A DNA stretch of 64,000 bases from an uncultured delta proteobacterium (lineage in GTDB: Bacteria > Myxococcota > Kuafuiibacteriia > Kuafuiibacteriales > Kuafuiibacteriaceae), in contig CAWDML010000001.1 of NCBI GenBank assembly GCA_963803435.1, positions 1,536,001-1,600,000 of the forward strand, written 5' to 3'. Below the pieces are notes generated by a model. It worked only from the letters and a program-made list of their open reading frames with translations. It searched no databases and was not told where the DNA came from. Both the position numbers and the translations under genes were made by a program. This document shows, in pieces, positions 58,175-64,000 of the stretch (position 1 is the first letter of the stretch; every line of letters begins with the position of its first letter).

Positions 58175-58454
58175 GGGACCGGACTCTAGGGACGACCGCG
58201 TACCGCGTGCAAGCGGATAGGACCGCGAACCGGCGTGGGATCGATCCCGTACTGCTCCAGCGTCCGAGCGATGAAGCAGGCCTTGCGAGCGGTCTTGGTC
58301 CAGAGTGCGCATCGCCCTCGTCGGCGACTCCGGAGCCCGTGGGCGATTGCGTCCCCACTGTGTCGGGTCGTCTCACCGTCGCCGGCTGGAGGCAGGCGCG
58401 CCGCCGTCCCGGAGGCCTGTGAGGGCGGAGCGTGCTTTGCACCCACCGGGAGCC

Positions 58455-59570
58455 ATGAGCGGCCCTCGAGTCGAACGCCTCGACGTCTCGGCGTACACAG
58501 TCCCCACGGACGGGCCTGGCGGCGAGGAGGCCGATGGGACGCTAATCTGGCGCTCCACCACGATGGTGGTGGTGGAGGTGCATGCGGGCGGCGTGGTGGG
58601 GCTCGGCTACTCTTATGGCGACGTCGCGACAGCCCACCTGGTGGACTCCAAGCTGAGGGCGCGCGTCGTGGGTAAGGACGCGCGCTCGGTGCCTGCAATC
58701 TGGCGCGATCAGATGGAGACGCTGCGGAACGCCGGCCGGCCGGGCGTGGGCTCGATGGCGGTGTCGGCGGTGGACATCGCGCTGTGGGATCTCGAGGCCA
58801 AGCTCCTCGGCGTCCCGCTGTATCGAGCGCTCGGTGCGTTCCGCGAGCGCGCGCCCATCTACGGCTCCGGCGGCTTCTGCAATTACCCGGTGGACCGGCT
58901 GGTGTCGCAGGTGGCGGGCTGGGTCGAGCGCGGGATCCCGAGGGTGAAGATCAAGACCTCGCGCCGCCCGGAGCAGGATCCCGCGCGCCTCTCCGCGTGC
59001 CGCGCGGCAATCGGGCAAGCGCCCGTCCTGATGACCGACGCGAACGGCGCGCTCACCCGCAAGCAGGCGCTCGACTGGGCGAGACGGTTCCGAGAGGAGT
59101 GGGACGTCGCGTGGTTCGAGGAGCCCGTCTCCTCCGACGACTGTCGAGGCCTTCGGCTCATCCGTGACCACGGTCCTCCGGGGCTGGAGGTGGCCGCCGG
59201 CGAGTACGGCTTCATCCTCCGCGACTTCGTCGATCTCCTCGAGGCCGGCGCAGTCGATTGCCTCCAGGCGGACGTCACGCGCTGCGGCGGAATCACCGGG
59301 CTGCTCGAAGTAGCCGGTCTCGCCGCGGCGCATCACATCGATCTGTCGGCCCACTGCGCGCCGGCCGTCTCGGCTCACGCCTTCTGCGCCGTCGAGCGGC
59401 TGCGACACCTCGAGTACTTCCACGATCACGTCCGCGTGGAGGAGATGCTGTTCGACGGCGCCCTGTCGCCCGAGGACGGCCATCTCTGTCCCGATCCCGC
59501 GCGACCCGGGCTGGGGATCGAGCTCAGGCGCCAGGACGCGGAGCGGTATCTCGTCCATCGCAGCCGGTAG
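58455..59570 (+). CDS. Mandelate racemase / muconate-lactonizing (enolase superfamily) enzyme
   Basis: EADGT, SAVDIALWDL.AK, YGSGGF, VKIK, TDANG, WFEEP, GEYG, QADVTRCGG, HLEYFHDH. Confidence 0.9.
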   Translation: MSGPRVERLDVSAYTVPTDGPGGEEADGTLIWRSTTMVVVEVHAGGVVGLGYSYGDVATAHLVDSKLRARVVGKDARSVPAIWRDQMETLRNAGRPGVGSMAVSAVDIALWDLEAKLLGVPLYRALGAFRERAPIYGSGGFCNYPVDRLVSQVAGWVERGIPRVKIKTSRRPEQDPARLSACRAAIGQAPVLMTDANGALTRKQALDWARRFREEWDVAWFEEPVSSDDCRGLRLIRDHGPPGLEVAAGEYGFILRDFVDLLEAGAVDCLQADVTRCGGITGLLEVAGLAAAHHIDLSAHCAPAVSAHAFCAVERLRHLEYFHDHVRVEEMLFDGALSPEDGHLCPDPARPGLGIELRRQDAERYLVHRSR

Positions 59571-59634
59571 TGTCGGAGCAGGTGGGCGCCGCACCTCCGC
59601 TAAGGTTTCGACCGCAGCGGTCGAATCCAAAGTC

Positions 59635-60441
59635 GTGCAGACGCGACTCGAGCATCTCATCGGCGAGCGACTCGCCGCTGGAACGCTTCAGCTTCCGGTC
59701 CTGCCGCGCGCCGCGCAGGAGGCGCTGCGGGCCACCGCGGATCCGCGGGCCGGCGCAGCGCACCTGGCCGACATCATCGAGCACGATCAGTCACTGGCGG
59801 CACACCTGCTCCGGATCGCGAACTCACCGATGTACGCTCAGTCCATCAAGAGCGTCTCGGTCCGTCACGCGATCGTGCGTCTCGGGCTGGCGATCGTCGC
59901 GGAGATCACGATGATCGTCGCGGTCAAATCACCAGCGTTCCGCGTGCCCGGCTGGGAGAGCGAGATCGGTGATCTCTTCGAGCACGCGTTTGCCACCGGA
60001 GTCCTCGCCAAGGCGATCGCCAAGATGAAGGGGCTCAGCGCAGAGGAAGCGTTCCTCGCGGGCCTGCTCCACGACCTGGGACGTCCGGTCCTGATCCAGG
60101 CCGTGCTCGACACGGCGCGATCCGCAGAGCTGGAGCCGCCGCGCGCGGTCGTCGCGATGCTGGTGGACAAGCTGCATACGCGGATCGGGCGTGACCTCGC
60201 GCTCCAGTGGGCGCTCCCCAGCGCGGTGATCCACGCCATTGCGCGTCATCACGATCCGAACACGACCGCGCCCATCACGCTCGCCGTGCAGCTCGCCGAG
60301 GCCGTCGTCGATCATCAGACGGGCGGCAAGGAGCTATCGGTGGACGCCGTCGCCGAGCGCCTGGGTCTCGAGCCGAAGCGCGTGGACCAGCTGCTCGAGC
60401 GATGGCCCGAGATCCTGGAGGGCATTCGCGCCGTCGCGTGA
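59635..60441 (+). CDS. HDOD domain protein
   Basis: LPVLP, DQSLAAHLLRIANSPMY, AIVRLG, AFLAGLLHDLG, WALP...IARHH. Confidence 0.92.
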   Translation: MQTRLEHLIGERLAAGTLQLPVLPRAAQEALRATADPRAGAAHLADIIEHDQSLAAHLLRIANSPMYAQSIKSVSVRHAIVRLGLAIVAEITMIVAVKSPAFRVPGWESEIGDLFEHAFATGVLAKAIAKMKGLSAEEAFLAGLLHDLGRPVLIQAVLDTARSAELEPPRAVVAMLVDKLHTRIGRDLALQWALPSAVIHAIARHHDPNTTAPITLAVQLAEAVVDHQTGGKELSVDAVAERLGLEPKRVDQLLERWPEILEGIRAVA

Positions 60442-60482
60442 CCCGCTCGATCCGATGCGCTACATAATGTCGCTGGAATCCG

Positions 60483-61616
60483 ATGAAGCGGCTGCCTCCT
60501 CTCCTGCTCCTCTCGCTCGTCACCTACGCCTGTCCGACCCCCAAGGCCGGGGACGACCGGCTCATCGCCGACTCCGGCGTGATGAGCGAGGACTCCGGCA
60601 CACCGGCGCCCGACGGCGGCTCACCTTCAGCGGACGGCGGCCCCCCGGCACCCGACGGCGGCTCGATGATCTCCGACGCGGGTCGGGACGATGGAGGAGG
60701 CTCACCGGACTCGGGCACCGAGGGATGCGTCCCCACCGGGCCTGAGGACTGCACGAACGGGATCGACGACGACTGTCAAAACGGGATCGACTGCGCGGAT
60801 CCGGCGTGTGGCGCCTGCGTCCCGCTGCCGAACGACTTCGCGCTCGGCGTCATGGTGGACGCGACCGCGGCCTGCCCGCCCGGCTTCGCAGCCGAGGAGA
60901 CCGACCTCTTCGCCGGCCTCGATCAGGGGCTCGGATGCGTCGGCTCCTGCACCTGCCAGCCGAACCCGACCCAGTGCATCGGCGCGCTCTACATTTACGC
61001 CACCGAAGCCCAGTGTCAGGGCGACACCGCGCTGACCGGCGGACAGCCGTACGGCGGGGTGATCGACAGCCAGTGCACCGCGATGCCGGTGCAGGAAGGG
61101 TTCCCGGGCGGCTTCCGCATCGGCAACTGGAGCGTGCAGCAGAGCTGCTCATCGTCCGGGGTTGCGTCGCCGAGCCCGTACACCTGGGGGCAGCGGATGA
61201 AGTTCTGCGCGGCGCAAGCCGGCTTGCAAGGCTGCGACTCGACCTCCGCCTGCGTCCCGAACGACGCAGCGCCCGACGCCTGCCTGATGACCAGCGGCGG
61301 AGCGGCCTGCCCCGATCCCTTCTCCGACCGTTCGGGCGAGTGGTACACCGGCCTCACCGACACGCGGAGCTGCGGTCCCTGCGAATGCACGGCGTCGGGC
61401 GGCAGCTGTCAGTTCGCCCAGATCTCGCTGGGCAGCGACTGGGTGTGCACCGACGGTGCCTACGTGAGCCAGCAGAGCCCCACCAGCTGCGGGTCGGCCT
61501 ACTCACCGCCCGCTCGGGTGACCGGGAGCCCGCAGGACCCCACGTGCACATCTGCGAGCCAGCTGGCGGGCAGCATCGAGGTGACCGGCCAGCAGACGGT
61601 CTGCTGTCAGCCCTGA
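60483..61616 (+). CDS. Cys-rich myxobacterial lipoprotein
   Basis: Signal MKRLPPLLLLSLVTYAC; DGG/DSG linker; EDCTNGIDDDC motif; ends TVCC. Confidence 0.78.
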   Translation: MKRLPPLLLLSLVTYACPTPKAGDDRLIADSGVMSEDSGTPAPDGGSPSADGGPPAPDGGSMISDAGRDDGGGSPDSGTEGCVPTGPEDCTNGIDDDCQNGIDCADPACGACVPLPNDFALGVMVDATAACPPGFAAEETDLFAGLDQGLGCVGSCTCQPNPTQCIGALYIYATEAQCQGDTALTGGQPYGGVIDSQCTAMPVQEGFPGGFRIGNWSVQQSCSSSGVASPSPYTWGQRMKFCAAQAGLQGCDSTSACVPNDAAPDACLMTSGGAACPDPFSDRSGEWYTGLTDTRSCGPCECTASGGSCQFAQISLGSDWVCTDGAYVSQQSPTSCGSAYSPPARVTGSPQDPTCTSASQLAGSIEVTGQQTVCCQP

Positions 61617-62887
61617 ACGGACGGCTGGGTTCGAAGGATGATGCGCACGGTGGTCCCATCGCCGGGGGTGCTCTCGACCTCGAGGCTCCCGCCGTGGTCC
61701 TCCACGATGCCCAAGCTCGCGGCCAGCCCGAAGCCCATCTTCATCCGGCCGCCGTCGCTCGAGAACGTCGGATCGTAGATCCGTTGGAGCGCGTCCTTGG
61801 AGATGCCTCGACCGTCATCCGCGATCTCGATCGAAACCTCCTCCGCCCCGTTCGTGGTCCGGATCGAGATCCGCTTCGCCTCGGCCTGACCGGCGTTGCG
61901 GAGCACGTGGAGGAACACCTGGTTGATCTGACCCGGCCGGCAGGTGATCGGCGGTAGCTCTCCGTACTCCTTGATCACCTCGACCGCTTCGAGCTCGGCG
62001 GAGAGCAGCACGAGCGCGTCGTCGATCATCTCGCTCACGCTCGCGCGCTTCACCTCGGCCTCGTCGAGATGAGCAAAGCCCTTGAGGGAGAGGATCGTCT
62101 GCTCGATGCGCGCGGTGGCCTGCTCCATCCCCTCGGCCACCCCCGCGAGCGCCGTCTGCGCCCGCGCCTGCCTCTCCGGATCGGCGAGCAGCTCGATCGA
62201 GCGGGCGGCTAGCTGTGCGTTGGAGCGGAGCACACCGAGCGGGTTATTGAGCTCGTGACAGACGCCGGCGACCAACGAGCGCAGCGAGGCGATCCGCTCT
62301 CGCTGGATGCGGCGAAGATCGATCGCCTGGCGATTCAAGAGACGTTCGAAGCGGCGAGTGGTGTACGTGATCATTCCTCCCATCCCCAGCAGCATCACGA
62401 TCCACGGCAGCTCGAGCGGGTCGAGGCGGATGATGACGAAGTCGACCGTCGCATACACGAGGAGGGCCACGGCCGAGCAGAAGACCGCCAGCCGCCAGGA
62501 GAAGCGCATCATGTTGGTCGAGACCAGAAAGAGCAGCGCGCCCGGCAGGAGATCCAGCTGGCGGAGCGCGAGGTCCGGACGCAGCTCCATCACCATCGGC
62601 CGCGCAATCACGATGCCCTTCCCGATCATCACCAGCTCCACTGCGGCCAGCAGCCAGGGCACGATCGGGTGGTAGTTCCGCTTGAACCAGGTCAGGTTGA
62701 AGATCGTGACGAAGACGACCCACACTCCGATGAGGTACGTGGAGGCCGGCAATCGATGGAACACCGCGAGCTGTACGCTCCCGCCGGCGACCACCGCGAT
62801 CGACCAAAACACCGTCCGACAGTGGTTGATCAGTCGCTCCGTTCTCCAGGCCTCGGTCATCAGGATCTGCACGCGGCCGAACATCAA
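61607..62887 (-). CDS. Membrane sensor histidine kinase
   Basis: About 6 TM helices; VAGVCHELNNPL, INQVFLHVLRNA, DDGRG, GFGL, HGG. Confidence 0.9.
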   Translation of the reverse strand: MMFGRVQILMTEAWRTERLINHCRTVFWSIAVVAGGSVQLAVFHRLPASTYLIGVWVVFVTIFNLTWFKRNYHPIVPWLLAAVELVMIGKGIVIARPMVMELRPDLALRQLDLLPGALLFLVSTNMMRFSWRLAVFCSAVALLVYATVDFVIIRLDPLELPWIVMLLGMGGMITYTTRRFERLLNRQAIDLRRIQRERIASLRSLVAGVCHELNNPLGVLRSNAQLAARSIELLADPERQARAQTALAGVAEGMEQATARIEQTILSLKGFAHLDEAEVKRASVSEMIDDALVLLSAELEAVEVIKEYGELPPITCRPGQINQVFLHVLRNAGQAEAKRISIRTTNGAEEVSIEIADDGRGISKDALQRIYDPTFSSDGGRMKMGFGLAASLGIVEDHGGSLEVESTPGDGTTVRIILRTQPSVQG

Positions 62888-62929
62888 CCCCGGCGGACGC
62901 CGCCGGACAAGCGTCGCCCGTGACTTTCG

Positions 62930-64000
62930 TCAGAGCGTGAAGGCGGCGATGCAGCCGTCGCGCGTGGTGGCGACGAGGAGGTCGTCGTGGACCGCGAGCT
63001 TGTCGGCGTGGATCTCGATGCGCTCGAGGAGCGCGCCCGTCTCGACGTCGAAGAGCTGGAGAGCACCGAGCGGTGACGATCGCGAGCGCGCCTCGGAGGA
63101 AGGCGGCGGCCGAGAACGGCGCGACCGCGAGCTCGAGCGACCGCGTGCAACGGCCGGCCCCGAGGTCGAGCGCATGGAGCATGACCGGTCCGTTTTCGTC
63201 GCTGGTCATCAATACGTCGGCGCGCGCACCGTCGATCCGGCAGGCCCCCGGGTAGCCCTCGAGCACGATGCGCCAGCGCTCCTCACCGGTCCGAAGATCG
63301 CGGAGCACGATCCGATCCTCCGCGTCGCCCGAACCGGCGAGCACGGCGTCGGACGAGAGCGCCACCAAGCCGAAGTGGTACGGGAGCGGGTACGCCTTCT
63401 CGGGATCGGAGCGCAGCTTTGCGGACGCAGTCCAGAGGAGCTCCCTGCGCGCCAGATCCCAGGCCTGAAGCTGCGAGGCGGAGTTTCCGAGCGAGAACGA
63501 TCCGGGCTCCGGCTCGACCTCCTCGAAGTAGCCGAGCGTCACCGCTGTGTCGCCGGACGGCGCGAGGTGGATCTCACTGATCTGCTTCGTGCGACCGGTG
63601 AAAGTGCGCCGCTCCTTCCCCTCGCGGTCCCAGGAGAACAGGTGAGCACCGAGCCCGCCGACCAGCAGGCTGCCGTCGGGAAGCGGCGCGATTGCGTGCG
63701 GCATGATCCTGCCGTCCTCGGACGCGAGCTCGAAGCCGAACACCTCGGTCACGTCCAGCCGCCGTCGCGTCATCGAGGCCTCGGGATCGCGCGCCGAGGT
63801 GATCAGCATTCCATCGTACGTGAAGGCCACCGGGCAGCCGTTCGCGGTCGGCTCCTCGATGCGCGTCGTCATCTCGCCGGAGACTGTCGACCAGACCAAT
63901 CGCGTGTTTTCCGAGTCCGTGGTCACGGCGAGCGCACCGTCGACCGAGAGCACGGGTCCGCTCACCAGGTCGCGGTGCCGCTCGAAGTCCGTCGAGACGG
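62930..64000 (-). CDS. WD40/PQQ-like beta-propeller protein (5' partial); +1 frameshift at ~63070
   Basis: Repeated beta-propeller motifs (LVWSTVSGE, LFSWD, LQAWDLA, LRDLRTGEERW, LFDVETG). The frame continues into ORF 62930..63175 and is open to the window edge. Confidence 0.65.

Noticed and set aside
51715-59570. Horizontally acquired island (slightly more A/T at third codon positions)
   Set aside because: Impression only; no boundaries, repeats or mobility genes, and it would need a computed GC3/k-mer profile.

Overview
High-GC, gene-dense chromosomal segment, most likely from a myxobacterium (Myxococcota): it has MYXO-CTERM sorting tails, many Cys-rich lipoproteins and a CHAT/ECF module. 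Contents from left to right: (1) the 3' end of an RHS toxin with a zinc-metallopeptidase tip, a lactonase, an orphan tandem BrxD-like ATPase, a Tat-exported phospholipase C and a somatomedin-B protein. (2) A protease-rich locus at 6.6-17.7 kb, with an exported TPR-CHAT caspase-like protease facing an ECF sigma / zf-HC2 anti-sigma pair, plus a trypsin and two MYXO-CTERM metalloprotease-like proteins. (3) A long + strand run: lysC, csrA-fliW with no flagellar genes nearby, an RsbRD_N-like protein, a Zn-ribbon/TPR protein, a BY-kinase, a polysaccharide deacetylase and luxE/luxC-like genes. (4) Housekeeping genes (Hsp70, EVE, miaE, phhB, SSS transporter, amidase, der, era, cyclophilin, rnc, mnmA, ihfB, tRNA-Arg(CCT), nlpD, surE). 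(5) An IS110/IS1111-type element with 13-bp subterminal inverted repeats and a right-end non-coding region carrying candidate bridge-RNA guides. (6) An S8 protease, a VOC-ArsR-SRPBCC operon, a double hybrid kinase, CheB/CheR, an enolase-family enzyme, HDOD and a sensor kinase. Eight reading-frame breaks occur (seven are +1 insertions, several at GATC sites); these look like long-read errors and may reflect DNA modification. The best candidates for undescribed systems are the flagellin-free CsrA-FliW module, the exported CHAT-ECF signalling module, the LuxE/LuxC-like pair next to polysaccharide genes, and the orphan double-BrxD ATPase. All family assignments come from motif recognition by eye; no database searches were run.
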